From: Cirrosporium novae-zelandiae
Lineage: Eukaryota
NCBI GenBank assembly: GCA_026023565.1
Contig: JAPETS010000012.1
Span: 372,001 to 436,000, forward strand
Reading direction: 5' to 3'
Length of the DNA: 64,000 nt
Position numbers and translations under genes: made by a program. The notes under the pieces were generated by a model. The model was not told the origin of the DNA and searched no databases. It saw nothing but the letters and a program-made list of their open reading frames with translations. Position 1 is the stretch's first letter, and each line of letters begins with the position of its first letter. This document shows positions 50,486 to 63,332 of this stretch, piece by piece.

Positions 50486-51388
50486 ATGGGTTTGCTAGAC
50501 TCAGATCCCCCGATCGAGGAGAAAAACACCTCCTCCAGTGGAGCAGGCCTGGATGTGGGCTCAATAATGATGCTGGATGGTGCCTATAAGGAATTTGCAC
50601 CAAGAGAGGGGGCATTGTGCATCCTAAAAGTAACCCAAATTCTAGAAGAAGCTCACATTCCCTGCTGTCTGGTTGCCGACTCCGCTCTGTTATATTTTGG
50701 TGCAGCGAAAATAAGATGGGTAGGATAAATTTACTTCCTAATTTGAATTGAATGCCGCTCGTACTAAACTTGAATCGCGGGATAGGATTGGCAGATCTGT
50801 GTCCCGACCAACCAGCTTGGTGCTGCTGCCTCAGTTCTCGAAGCCGATATCTATGCCAAAGACTACATGTCAACACCAATCCCGGTCGCCTGGCCTTTTA
50901 TCTCTTATCCACGTTTCCAGTGCACCGAGTTCTATATTTGGTTTGAGCTGGTTCCATCAAATCGTTACTTTATCGATTGTAAACCTTCAAACTTTGAGAG
51001 GAGCCTACTCGGCTTCCCGTACCCAACATTGGTTGTTTATGCGCAAAGCCTGTTGGATTCACTTAACAGGGCAGATCTATGCGACCTTGTTGATGGCATG
51101 GACCTTCCTGAGATTTGGGGTTATGAGAATCTCGACTTTAGCGGTGCCAACGACGCCATCTGGACAGAAGTGGACGAAATATTCCTGTCAATCGAGCCTC
51201 CAAAATCTTTATCGGACACTTTTTGTCTAGCACTGGACCGTTTGGATATGTGGAAAGACGTCACGAGGAACAAAAAGCATCGACTTGGTCCTATAGATCC
51301 GTCACTACTTTTCTCAACTCAGTATCGTTTCCAGGACGATATAGACCCAAGGTTAACGTTTAGAGAAACGGAAAAGGGGGGTTTCTAG
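50486..51388 (+). CDS. Hypothetical protein, possible nucleotidyltransferase-like fold
   Basis: Intron 50720-50785 joins ILEEAHIPCCLVADSALLYFGAAKIRW to DWQICVPT. Later motifs GFPYPTL..YAQSLLD and DLVDGMDL. Confidence 0.75.
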
Positions 51389-52753
51389 ACATAAAAGACG
51401 TACATTATCAACCGGTCTGGAGGTATATGGTTATTCCAAGCACGCCTTTTATATGACTAATGTATTCCAGTTTATATGAGCCTTTGCTTTTCCGAGAACA
51501 TGCCTAGATAAATGTTTTAAGGTGCCTTTAGTTTAATCGCGTTCCTATTTGATTCACATTAGCGGGAGGATGAATTACAAATTAGGTGAAATCCGTGCAT
51601 TCATTTGTGCTTAGGCTGGCATCAGAGGCGCCCTTTTTGTGATTCATCGTATATATTAATATCAATTAATGGAAACGATTTGAGTCCAACTGCAGTTTTT
51701 ACGAAGATAATTTCTAATCCCATTTCGTAGTCTTCGGGGTGTAAAGGGAACCTTTCATTCAACAATTAGCAGAGGCTAACCTTGCCCCGACTCCATGATC
51801 ACATAACTGGGCTATCTAACCTACCGCTTAAGAATAGATCTGCCTTTATGCGCGACTCAAAGATGTTGATGTCATATCATGGACTCCGATGTTGACAAGT
51901 ATTCTCAAAACACCACAGACAGGAACCACAAGAAGGATCAGTCTTGGCTTATTGTCAGCACGTGCTGATGCTAAACGATTTCTGGATACCTTACTATGCT
52001 GTTTACTGAGAACTTGTCGTAGCTGTAGTATTGTGAACTCAATACGGAAATCAACATTATCTCTAATTCGCATACCTCACACTAAATAGATAGTTTACCT
52101 TTTATCCGGAATCAATCAAGTCATTATCCACCTTGATATTTTGTTGGGCTGTTTTCAAGGAAGAGTAGAAATGAGATAGCCAAAACCGCCAGAACCAGTT
52201 AAAAGAACGCTCTGCCACATACATACTTGAAAGCTAGTTGCGATACAACATAAACACCTGTTTTCATAAAGAACTTCCGAGGTAAATGGCTCGTGGCTAG
52301 TATGATCGTCTCCATTTCTGTGCTTATTCGAAAATAGTCGGTGACCTAACATACCAAGGGTAAAATTTATCGTCTTTCAGTAATAGTAAAGCTGGATGGC
52401 AAGAATAATAGATGAAGTGAGAATTCCGTCGAGATGTGGGAGAATGAGGTATACTGTATGGTTTGAATGAGCTATTCATCATGTCGGGTTTTGACGAGTA
52501 ATTCCAAGAGGATCTTCTCCTATGAAAATCCATGTGGAGAACGGTTTGTTCTATTAAGTGAGTATGCTCATTAGACTTGGTACCGTGGTGTCTCTAACCA
52601 CTTTTTGGTATGGGATAGATGCTTAGCTGAATAAGTAAAAAAGAATAAAAAATAACAAATAGCTGATTTTACCGTTGGTATGAGCCTCTGGTTTGGGAGA
52701 AGAGCCGAGTCATATTAGCGCTCGTCATTGGCTCCTATCAAAATCAAAACTGA

Positions 52754-53665
52754 TTATTGAATAAATGGAGTTTCAGTGGCGGCTGCACTGGCAAAGACAT
52801 CAGCCCTCAATGTTGTAGCTACTCTTCTCCACAACTCCCATGGCCGGCTCTTATCTCCAGGCAACGAGTTGAAGTACTCCCATCCCATAATACCCCCAAA
52901 GCCCAAATGTTGTGCTTTCAATGACAGGACAATCCGTTCCAGGAGATCAAATGGGACCCAGCCGCTTCCCCCATTTACAGGGTTTGTAAGCATGCCAATA
53001 ACAACTTTTTCTGGAGGGTATCCACGAGCAATAATTACTTCATAACCAGTCATATTCTGTAAACTTCCCCATCCGTTGTAGAATTGTGTATTGTAGAAGG
53101 CGATCTTGCTTCCCATCATAACCTCGAGTGTCTCATAATCAAACCCAGAAAGATGTGGACCACCCATTAATGCTGTTGCAACCGGAGCCATGGTTATTAA
53201 AAAATCATTCCCAAAGTCTGTATGCAATCTTTCAATCAACCGTATGATCCCATTAAGACTCATATCTTCCTCGACATCAAGATCTAACCCATCTAGATGT
53301 CGCTCCAGAACCATCGCTCGTAATGGTTGGTAGTATTGTTCAAATTGAAGTATATCTCCATCTAAGCGCTTGAAGCTTCCCTTTGCCGCGCCTCCGAGCA
53401 TCCCAAGCACTTTTATTCCGGTGAATTGGAGGGTGTCAACCTCCTCCCATAATTGCTCGAAACGAGGATCAGAAGGTGGATGGTCGTTAAGGTGGATATT
53501 GCCCGGTGGGTCATTCAGATGAATAGCAGCTACAATAATGTGGGTGACGGCTATTTCCTCTGTCAAGAGGGGAAGAAGGGAGACATGGTTTCCGTCTCGA
53601 TCATGGATGGTTTGGTGGTAAATGACGACACGGTTGGTCTGATGAGAAGGTGGTATAGGGGCCAT
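52754..53665 (-). CDS. GH18 endo-beta-N-acetylglucosaminidase/chitinase-like protein without signal peptide
   Basis: RVVIYHQT, THIIVAAIHLN, MLGGAAKGSF, catalytic LDGLDLDVEE, NTQFYNGWG and GGIMGWEYFNS. Confidence 0.88.
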   Translation of the reverse strand: MAPIPPSHQTNRVVIYHQTIHDRDGNHVSLLPLLTEEIAVTHIIVAAIHLNDPPGNIHLNDHPPSDPRFEQLWEEVDTLQFTGIKVLGMLGGAAKGSFKRLDGDILQFEQYYQPLRAMVLERHLDGLDLDVEEDMSLNGIIRLIERLHTDFGNDFLITMAPVATALMGGPHLSGFDYETLEVMMGSKIAFYNTQFYNGWGSLQNMTGYEVIIARGYPPEKVVIGMLTNPVNGGSGWVPFDLLERIVLSLKAQHLGFGGIMGWEYFNSLPGDKSRPWELWRRVATTLRADVFASAAATETPFIQ

Positions 53666-53883
53666 TGAGAACTAAAGGAAAAAAGAGGACTGAATCATAG
53701 CGGGGGGTAGTACTCTTCATATCTTGACTACTACTTTCTACTTTGACTGTGGTCTGTGCTTTCAGCTAGAGTCAATGGATTCCTATGGAGTTAGTACTAG
53801 ATCTACTAAAATCCCATAATTTACATGTAAATTTCCATCCATCATCTCGGGAAAGATAGATAAAAAGAAAAGAAAACGCAATA

Positions 53884-55380
53884 ATGACGGTCAATATATC
53901 TTTAAATACTCTTCCCCAAGAACTTATCCTCTGTGTGGCCGATTTCCTTCCAAACTCCAGCCTCAACGCGCTCATCCAGACTCAGAAATTCTTCGCCCGG
54001 ATTCTTACACCTCATCTATACAATGATGAAATCCGTTTCCTGGCGAAGCCATCCTTCAACCCTGAAGCTATTGATTCATATAACCTCCCGTTCGAGTGTT
54101 TGTGTTGTATGGATAGATGGCACTCAGATATCATACTTGACTATTTTACGACGAGGCCGGTTGATGCACTGACTCGGACTGATGAACACGGAACTACTCT
54201 ACTTCATAGACTAGTGGCCGGAAGGGCAAACCCAGAGCTACTAGAAATTTTACTTAAGAAAGGTGTTAGTATTGACGCAAAGAATTTTTTGGGCAACACG
54301 CCGCTGTTCGAGGCGGCTAGGCAAAATAATGAAGAGATCATGCACCTCCTCCTCGACGCAGGAGCAGATGCGATGGCATCTGACACGTCCAAAATCACTG
54401 TGTTAGAAGTTACTGCTCTGTTTTGTTCCACGGGCATGGTTCAGCGAGTCATCGACATCATTAACAAGACCCGGAAGGTTACTCCTAATATCGACGGTGA
54501 CCTCTTTGCCCCCTCTACAGGTAGTCGTGTGTTACGCCGTGCAATTTTCAAGGGAGACGAGTCTACGGTTAGACTCCTCCTTGATAATGGTGCAGAAGTT
54601 TCGAGTCACGATAGCTACAACACCACAGCCCTGGAGTTAGCCGCATGTAGAGGCCACAACTCAATAGTCTATTTGCTTCTTGATCGCGGGGCAGATGTTT
54701 TACCTTTTGATGACTTGGGTAGATCAGCCTTGACTCTTGCCATTGAAGGTAATTGTGATTATAGTACGATACAGCGTCTAATAAAAGCCGTTCAGGATAG
54801 CGGTGGCGATATTTCTGCGAGCAGTGATGCCAGCGAAGATATCGCGTGGAATGGTTTTAGGCCGCTCCACCACGCTGCGAATACTGGACAGTTGCCTATA
54901 GTAGAACTCCTCCTCAAAAGTGGTGCGGATGTTCTGGCACGGTCAGAGCGTATAACAGCCTTGACTTGTGCTCTAGCTCACTATGATGTTGGCGCCTATG
55001 AGAATATCTGTCGAGTTTTGATCGAGGCCATCAATGCAACCCATTGCCATTTCGATCACTTTGTACCTTCCGAGAATCCTTTGACTGGAGGTACAACATT
55101 ACATGCTGCTGCACAATTTGGAGCAGTGTGTCTGGTGCCGCTACTAATCAGCAGTGGTGCAGATATCCTAGCTCTAGATCCAGCGGGACGTTTAGCTTTA
55201 CATGTTGCAATATTATCAGGCCAAGAAGCTATTGGCAAAGTCCTCTTCCAGGAGATGAAAGCACTGAAGTATGACTTTACTATACCGGTCCCATCTCCCG
55301 AAGCTGGACAGTCGGAACATTTATTCAAGCTCGCACTGGATAATAACATGAAGGGTCTGGCCCAACTCTTCCATGAATGA
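53884..55380 (+). CDS. F-box-like N-terminus plus ankyrin repeats
   Basis: SLNTLPQELILCVADFL followed by multiple GxTPLH/LLxxGAD repeats. Confidence 0.85.
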   Translation: MTVNISLNTLPQELILCVADFLPNSSLNALIQTQKFFARILTPHLYNDEIRFLAKPSFNPEAIDSYNLPFECLCCMDRWHSDIILDYFTTRPVDALTRTDEHGTTLLHRLVAGRANPELLEILLKKGVSIDAKNFLGNTPLFEAARQNNEEIMHLLLDAGADAMASDTSKITVLEVTALFCSTGMVQRVIDIINKTRKVTPNIDGDLFAPSTGSRVLRRAIFKGDESTVRLLLDNGAEVSSHDSYNTTALELAACRGHNSIVYLLLDRGADVLPFDDLGRSALTLAIEGNCDYSTIQRLIKAVQDSGGDISASSDASEDIAWNGFRPLHHAANTGQLPIVELLLKSGADVLARSERITALTCALAHYDVGAYENICRVLIEAINATHCHFDHFVPSENPLTGGTTLHAAAQFGAVCLVPLLISSGADILALDPAGRLALHVAILSGQEAIGKVLFQEMKALKYDFTIPVPSPEAGQSEHLFKLALDNNMKGLAQLFHE

Positions 55381-56214
55381 GTAGAGGAGTACTGGCCAGA
55401 GGATTATTTGGAGACAGATTGCAAATTCTTTGTGTGGAAATAGCCAACTAAATAGTGGATATCACGTGATCGGGTTACTACCTCAACAGGACGGCAAAAA
55501 GGCAATACAGGACTCAGAGGGGCCAGGAATAATATATTTTATTGGACAATAAATTTCATATACACAGCATAAAGTGTATAATGTGCAATTATGCAATATC
55601 GTACAAAGTCGTATTCGCACCGAGTATCTTAGATCCATTTCCGTAAATGGCTTAGAGTGGGGCCAAATATAACTCCGTTTCTTTGGCTCCTTCACTTTGT
55701 GGCCCTTGAGTTTTCACTAAATCCTACCTATCGTGGCGGCATCTGCCGTCTCACCACCACCTTTTTCCGTCCCGCTCTTCCTTCCTCCTATCCTACTTAG
55801 TAGCACCCCAGAAAGTCATTGGCCTTGGCCGCATCAAACGGGCTCAAAGTCAGCAGTGTAAGCAACTGCAAAGCCAAAACCCAACCAACCCATCCTGCTC
55901 CCACCATAACCAACCCGTTCTTCCACCAGCCTCATCTCAACACTTTCTTTAGAACTTTATTCTAAAACTTTGAGTGAACTACTCTCTTACTCCTGACACC
56001 TTTTGAGTAGAGACATTCTCATCGTCGCCAACCCCGGTTCAGCTCACTCCAGCAAGAACCCACCGTTCCACGAACCTTAGACCCAAAAACACTCAATGGC
56101 ATCAATCTTCTACCATAGCCGCAGCTGATCGTCCCTTGATTGATCAACACATCTCATTTCTGCATCCGCAATTATTGCCATCTCTCTACGACGTCCTAAT
56201 ACAATTCCCTCAAA

Positions 56215-56895
56215 ATGGGTGGCTTCGGCATTTTCCTCATCGTCCTAATTATCCTCATTGTTCTTGCCTCAATAATACTACTCTTCCTCTCCCGCCGTCG
56301 AGCCAGTGCTCAAGGTCTCCCACCTCCACCTCTCTCGAGCTACAATCCCTTTTCTAGTTCCTCGGTCGCTTGGATCAAGAACAAATTTGCTAGTCTTCGT
56401 AGGGGTAGACAAAGAGATGTTGAAGGCGGCTATGAAGGTGCTTCCGGAGGAAGAGGCCGGGGACTACGAGATGATGAAGGAGGTGCTTGGGATGCAAGAA
56501 TGGGTGGTGGACGGGACGACTACTTCGAAGAGCAAGAATTAGGTCCTCATGATGGTGATAGAGTCGGTGGATATGAAGAATACCGGGCTGCTGGAACCCC
56601 TTACTCAGGCGCAGGATACGAAGCGCCACAAACACAGGCAGAAAGAGGTCGAAGCGCAACTCGTTCACCACCACTTACTGTCCCTGGTACCCAACGCAAT
56701 CTTACTACCGATGCGCACAATCCATTTGGAGATGAACATGAAGAGCCTAGTCTCCGCAGTGTGAGTCCAAGACCGATGGGTGACAATGCAGGGGCTTCTG
56801 GTGCTGCGGGGACTGCGGGGCATCTCAGCAAAGACAATGCGGGGAGCAACAGTCCAACGGAGAGTCGGAAGAGCTTGTTCCGGGAGGATATGTGA
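56215..56895 (+). CDS. Conserved fungal single-pass membrane protein
   Basis: N-terminal TM helix, GLPPPPLSSYNPF, AWDARMG, YFEEQELG, NPFGD, SLRSVSPRP and C-terminal RKSLFREDM. Confidence 0.8.
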   Translation: MGGFGIFLIVLIILIVLASIILLFLSRRRASAQGLPPPPLSSYNPFSSSSVAWIKNKFASLRRGRQRDVEGGYEGASGGRGRGLRDDEGGAWDARMGGGRDDYFEEQELGPHDGDRVGGYEEYRAAGTPYSGAGYEAPQTQAERGRSATRSPPLTVPGTQRNLTTDAHNPFGDEHEEPSLRSVSPRPMGDNAGASGAAGTAGHLSKDNAGSNSPTESRKSLFREDM

Positions 56896-57752
56896 GTTAA
56901 TCTGAGGGGATGTGGGGCTTCGAGGACTGATAAAAAGTGATCGACATTAGATGACCGATGTGGAGACTTGAAGAAAAGGGGGACGTGCTTGCTTTGAAGT
57001 CGCCGAATCTCGTTGCTTGGAATATGGTTATAAAGGACACAGGAAAGGTCATACCTACTTACCGGATGGATGGATGAATGGGATGGGTGGGGGAGGGAAA
57101 TCATGGAGTTTATTCACCTGGTTACGGTTGGAATGGGGTCGTGCCCTTTGGCTGGTGGACTTTTTTGTTTATCATTTATTTTCTCTTGTATGTCTTTTTT
57201 CTACTTTATCATACTTTCTCAAAAAAAACCTCGTCCTTCTGCTGGAGGGTTTCCCGCAGAAGTGGAATATGTAACATCAATTGGTTTTCCTTTTCACTCA
57301 GTACCTTTGGGGTGCTACCCCAAGGACTCTCTAATCTATATATCCTACTATCCCATCGTTGTCTTGAGGTTGTTTTGCTGGGGAATGTTCTCCCTGTCGG
57401 TGCAATAAAGCCATCCAACACCATACTTACGTATTGTTATATACAACCCTGCAATGTGCTTTCTCTTTTTTCCTCGCCCTGTGTTCAAGATGTTCTGACA
57501 TTTTTCAGGTCATATTCCTTGTTAGTGAAGATCATACCTGCCATCATCTCACCGCCTCGGAAAATAGAAGTTGGTTGGTGGCGATATGAGAGGGTCGGTC
57601 ATCTTTGTCCTTTTAGACACAACAACCCCCCGAAACCCTCTCCCCCCCCCCCCCCATCGAAAAAAATATTGAAGTCCCCATCCATATACTTCCAGCCGTA
57701 TTCAAAAAGTTCATGTTTTGCTATGTTTTTGGATCGACCTATGGTAGCATGG

Positions 57753-59962
57753 CTACTCTTCGCCTAGTATGTCGAACATGTTTTTTGAAGTGGCTTTTGC
57801 GATAGTTTGTTTTCGCACCTTATTTGCTGGCGCCGCCCGTCGTTCTCGGCACCGACGCTTACCCTTGCTTGGTCGACCTTCCTCCTCCTCCTCCTCCTCC
57901 CCGACACCAGGTTCTTCTTCTTCACCGGGGGTTGGTTCGTCGTTACCTAGATTTTTAATTCCGTCTTGAAACTTCTTAATTATGTTGCCCCAGTAATTTT
58001 TGGGGAGGCGATCTTCTTGATGATGCCGAAGATCGATTCGTGAGACTAATAGATCTTCTAGGCGGGGTAAACTATCGAGATTTTTTTGGATGGAATTGCT
58101 CTTTTCTGCATGATTTCCTTCTAGCTGCTGCTCCAATGCGACATTATTTATCATCTTGAGGATGCGATGCGAGTACAATATCGCTTCTATATGCGCATAA
58201 TCGTCTATGGCATCCCATTCTAGACGGTCTCCTACATATCCACACTCCATCAATTTGCGAAGCTTTTTTGGATTCGACAATTCTGAGCCACTGTTGTTGC
58301 GCCACTGGCACAATTCATAGAGTGCGTACGTGCGCCAAAAGTCGACTTCCGTTCCTTGGGAAATTTGGCGAATTAGCTGTTGTTTAGATAGAAAGGAATC
58401 CATTTCTGCGACCGTTTCCTCCGGTGTCATCAGTGGAATTTCTGTAGGGACCACTCGCTCGCCCCGACGTGAGTATTCAAGAATATGAGGGATGCGCTTT
58501 CGGGGATGCATTGACCGATTCAAAAGGGAGTAAGCTAGACGACGGGTTTGGAAAGATGAGAACCAAGCTGAAGTCCGACCTGGGTCATCTATGAGGATCG
58601 GAAGAAACATTGCTGGGTTTGGGAATTGACTTTCGGTGCCGATGCGTCTCTGCTGCAATTGTAGAACCAGTTCCGATACTCTCGGATCAAGGTTTTGTGT
58701 AGATCTTTCACTGATATACTTCCAAATAGACATTTTAGGCAGTGTATTCAGTGTTACTTTGTCTTTCATAGGACATAGGCGTTCGGGATTTTTGCTCGGG
58801 CCGCTGCACCATCCGGAGCAAAACTTTTGCAGCTCGGAGAGATCTATATTCTTTGTGTCAATTCGATCACCTGCATAGTCGATATGATTATCTATCGCTT
58901 CAAGAAATCTCTCGGGGATGAAATTCTTATATGGCATTATACCATCTTCATGCATATTTGAAAGATTGTATTCGTCTTTAAAATCCTGATATTCTTTAGT
59001 ATTAACTCTGTCGGAGCTCTTGTGAATTGCCTTCTGTAAATTGGAGCTAAAAGATCTATGAGGATCTTCTTTCATCTCATAAGCCAATCTTCCAAGTTCG
59101 TCAAGCCCTAACTGTTGAGCGATCTTTCGTGGACGGTATACATCGGCCTGCATTATTGGTATTGTTCGGAGACTGTTATCCGAATGCCGAATCAAATTAA
59201 TGTTTTCAAAAAATGTAAAGCATCCTTTTAGTCCTAAGTCATATACAAACATATCGGAATCTTTAGTGAGGATACACCCTCCTAATTGATGAGCCCTTGC
59301 AGCGCAGTATGAATCTGCTTCCCCGTATACTACTTTGGTAACCCTAGCATACCGACTTGTTGAAAGCTTTTCAATTACCATAGGAACAAGAAATGGGGCA
59401 GCTGGTATAGAATGGAATTTCTCGCCGGTACCCCGCTTGTAATCAAATAGCTTCTCGGCATTGGTTATTGCTTGGTGGGGAGCATCAACTGGAGCTTTCC
59501 ATCCATTCCAATGATTTTGGCGAAAGTTGAATAAGAGCCTTCGAGACTGTTCAAGTCGCGCTTGACGAGTTCCTACTTTGAATAAAGGAAGATATCCATC
59601 GAAATATATTCGATCTCTACTTGGCTATTAGACATGGGCTCAGGCTCTATGGATTGATCCATTGATGGGTGACACAATCAAACTCACATCTTTACCCCGA
59701 CCAAGCGAATTTCATCAAGGTAGATCAAGGTAGCCTTACCAATTTCGTTATAAGAAGGAACAGCATCAATTGGGTTTGAACTGAAATCCTTCAAGGACAG
59801 TAATCGGTAGTAAATAAAATATGCGAAACTAGGACCATCAATTACTATTGAACTGACCGTCCCCTTCGTCTCTAAGTCTTCAATTGGGTTGTGGCAATGT
59901 CCAAAGTTGACGATTTCAGTGTATTTATCTTTAAGTGCCTGGGTTAGCCCCGGAATCCCCAT
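57753..59962 (-). CDS. Asteroid-like XPG/PIN-family nuclease
   Basis: MGIPGL..IVIDGPSFAY, intron 59617-59687, IYFDGYLP..K, APFLVP.VIE.L, GEADSYCA and LTKDSDMFVYDLG. Confidence 0.85.
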
Positions 59963-60471
59963 CTCGCTCGGTTTCTGGCGATAATTTACACTCAGAATCG
60001 GTTGATTATAGAAATTAAATTATTGAAAGAAAATAGGGCTACTGTACTGTACTTCTGACTTTTTCGCTTAAGTGCCAAGGATTTGGTACTCCCATGTCAA
60101 AATCTTATTTAAACTACGAATAGCTTCTTAGCCAACTGTTTCTTTTACATCATAAAGGAAACGGAGTGCGATGCGGATGGCATAAAGCTGATTTATGTTA
60201 AAATCCTCCTGTATACTTGGGTTGCCTTTCGATGAGTCTTTTTTTTGATGAAATAAGGTACAGACAGGATCTTGCAGTGACCATCATATTTTAGAGAAAA
60301 GAAACCATTGCCTAGCTTTCAGTTCTAGCTATGTCCATTCCAGCTATCCATCCCTTTCATAACTAGCAGTAATCATCTCCTTGTACTGTTGTACTTATTC
60401 AACATTTTCGTTTCTTTCATCCTGCCTGAAACTCCTGATCTCCCACAAAACATCCTTGTCTCAAAGTATCC

Positions 60472-60860
60472 CTATTTCTCATCATATTGCTCTAGGTGGA
60501 AAATCGTTTTTTCTCCCAAGTTTTCACCAAAGCTGTCTCTAATGTCTTCTTCATCTTCGTCGTCTTCGTCCGAACTAGCTTCAAAGACATTTTCAACTAT
60601 GTCGGCATGCTCATTCAAGAATCTCATCCCCTCTTGGATTGCAAAAGGGTTTTTCACTTCTGCCCATTTTGGGGTTGGTAGGGGCGAGGGAGGCCGGACC
60701 CAACAATCCAAGCAGACCTTATGCTTGTGAGACTTTTGCTCACACTCGTCCCTGTCGTGTGGCTTGGAGAAACATTGCTGGACATGACCACAGCCATATG
60801 TAGCGCACATGTTGATTTCGTGCTTTCTTTTGCTTGGATAATGTCTAACAAAGTCAGTAT
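60472..60860 (-). CDS. Possible small Cys/His-rich hypothetical protein (gene structure uncertain)
   Basis: YGCGH...C...CLDC followed by a Pro-rich and an acidic tract. Confidence 0.35.
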
Positions 60861-61687
60861 TTATGTTCTTAGATTAGAAGCCTTTCTCTTTGAATGGAGA
60901 AAAGATCATGGATCTTTTTGGGGGTAGGAGTGAGGAAGTGAGCTCACCTATGGCTATAGAAGTGCAGATCTTGGATCAGTAGGATCACAAAATAATAGAT
61001 CAGCCAAATTCTCGTTTGATATTCCTTGTTGGAGCACACAAGTGGACCAGAAGTAATAATTTGCTTGTCTTGTAGCTGAATTTGTGGGTGCTGAGTCTGG
61101 AATGGAGGTATATGGTGTGAAGAGAAGGGCAAGGCACAACTCACTTTGGCTATCCAAGGCATCTTGAGTGAGGGCCTAGTTGGTGCCTCGATGCCTCGTG
61201 GGAGGTTGTCGAGAGGTGCGGCTCGATGTTCGCCACCGTCGGATGAGAGGTATTATCATCAGGGGTTGTGTGGCGGTGCGAAATCAATATCTAATCAGCG
61301 GGTAGATCCGCTAGCGGAGTAAGGATCCTTAGTTTGGCCCCCATCCACATGGGCATGGTGTGATTGGCCCCTCCAAACTCCCTGACCTTGAAAATTGCCC
61401 CTCCGACTCTTTTTCGGTGGCCTGTTGACCTGTTCCTCTCGTATTTTTTCCAACACACCCTCTTCCTCTTATCAATTACATTTTGTTCATCCATTTGACC
61501 GCTTTGGAGATCCTAAGAAACTAGTATTATTGAATCATTGCAACATTGCATCACTGCATGGTCGTATCAAGCTAAAAAAAGTATTTAAACCACAACCTCC
61601 CCGCTCTGTTCATTACCCCACCAACTCATCAATCAAAGCCTTAGATTGAAATCTCAGTGAAAGCCTTGTGATATTACGACAACAAAT

Positions 61688-63332
61688 ATGGGGTCAGAAC
61701 AACCAAACCTCCTTGAGATTAAGGAATTTCTCGTTGGCTTAGCCAGAAAGGCTGGTGAGATGATCATGGCTGCCCACCCTAGCACGGGAACTTCTGGGTC
61801 CAAGAAGAATTGTAAGTTTAGAAGAGTTACAGATGAATTATTCTCCAAAATGGAGGCAAGAGAATAGCACCATCTCTTCTTCGTGTCGCCAAATAATTGA
61901 GCTAAACACTGACGGGCCTCTACAGCCGCCGACTTGGTCACAGAGACTGATCGCGCCGTCGAGGCTATGGTCTCCTCTTCTCTAAAAGCGAAATACCCTA
62001 CTTACTCGTACGTATTTTATTTCTGAACATACGATCCATGTTTGCTATATCATATTTCGAATTATCCAAGCATCACATCCTGAGGTGTTCTCCTGCATGA
62101 GATATAGTGTGTGTTATCCTTGGGAAGGTATACTGTAATAAAACTGTTGGCTTGCTGAAAAGGTTCTTCATAAAACATTTTTGGAGCATGGCCCTTTGGC
62201 AAGAGGACTGGAGAAGTCAAAGCCGTCATTTAATCGGTCGACTCCAGAATGAATACTCAATAGCACCGATATTCCGGTCGTTTTGGTGGTGAACTTATTG
62301 GAAGAACCAATATACATGATGACGAAGCATACAGCTCTCCTTTTCCGCGAGCATATTCTCCCTCATGATTTCTTCTATATCCGTCGTTAAAATATCCTCT
62401 TCAATGGAGCTTGCGAGTATGCTGGCTCAAGGGATCGAGGGCACCACTGCCTTTTATACTTATCGTCTTTCACTTAAAAATTATATCTCGGTGCTGCTTT
62501 TCAATAGATTCCTGGAAGCTCATTTGTATCTAGACCTTTAAGCACTAACCTAACCTCCCGTATAGGTTCCTAGGCGAAGAAACATATAAGCCAGGCATGA
62601 AACTCACCTCTGCAGTACGCCTTCACTCTTTCAATCTGTCCAACTCCATATCCCCATCCTCTAAACTAACTCACCTCCTAGCCAACCTTCATCTGCGACC
62701 CCATAGATGGTACCGTAAACTTCGTCCACTCTTTCCCAAACGTCTGCATCTCCCTCGGCTTCACCGTCAACTACACCCCCGTCGTCGGTGTAATTTTCAA
62801 TCCCTTCCAATCCCTCCTCTACAGTGCTATCTCCGGCTCCGGTGCCACTGTCACGAATGTCTTGACCTCTAAAACACAACCCCTCCCCCTCAAGCAAACT
62901 CCAGAACCCCTCACCGGCCTTCAGAACTCTCTCGTCGCTGTAGAATGGGGAAGTGATCGAAATGGCAACAACTGGAAGACCAAGACCGAAACCTTCTTGA
63001 AGCTTGCAGCTGAGATCGAGGATGGTGGGAAAATGGTTCACTCATTGAGGTGCTCTGGATCTGCGGCACTTAATCTCTGCGCCGTGGCTGCGGGGACTAT
63101 TGATGTGTATTGGGAGGCTGGGTGCTGGGCTTGGGACGTGTGTGCCGGGTGGGTTATTCTCAAGGAGGCGGGCGGAATCATGGTAGACGCGAATCCGGGC
63201 AACTGGGAGCCTACAGTAGATGGGAGGAGGTATATGGCTGTTAGGGGAGTAGGAAATGCAGGGGGGCAAAAGGAGATGGTGGAGGAGTTTTGGGGGGTTG
63301 TTGGGGACAACATCTTTGTTTATGAGAATTAG
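61688..63332 (+). CDS. INM1: Inositol monophosphatase
   Basis: Exons 61688-61811, 61926-62007, 62566-62614 and 62682-63332. Motifs KKNSADLVTETD, FLGEE, ICDPIDGTVNFVH, GSAALNLC and WAWDVCAG. Confidence 0.93.

Noticed and set aside
57017..57767. 229 aa and overlapping ORFs between convergent genes
   Set aside because: Low-complexity 3' UTR-like sequence with no motifs.
62008..62565. TPP riboswitch or complete C/D snoRNA in the long intron
   Set aside because: TPP consensus motifs are absent, and no box D follows the box C-like motif.
7290..63332. VIP1 and inositol monophosphatase as an inositol gene cluster
   Set aside because: They are 50 kb apart with unrelated genes between; coincidence is the simpler reading.
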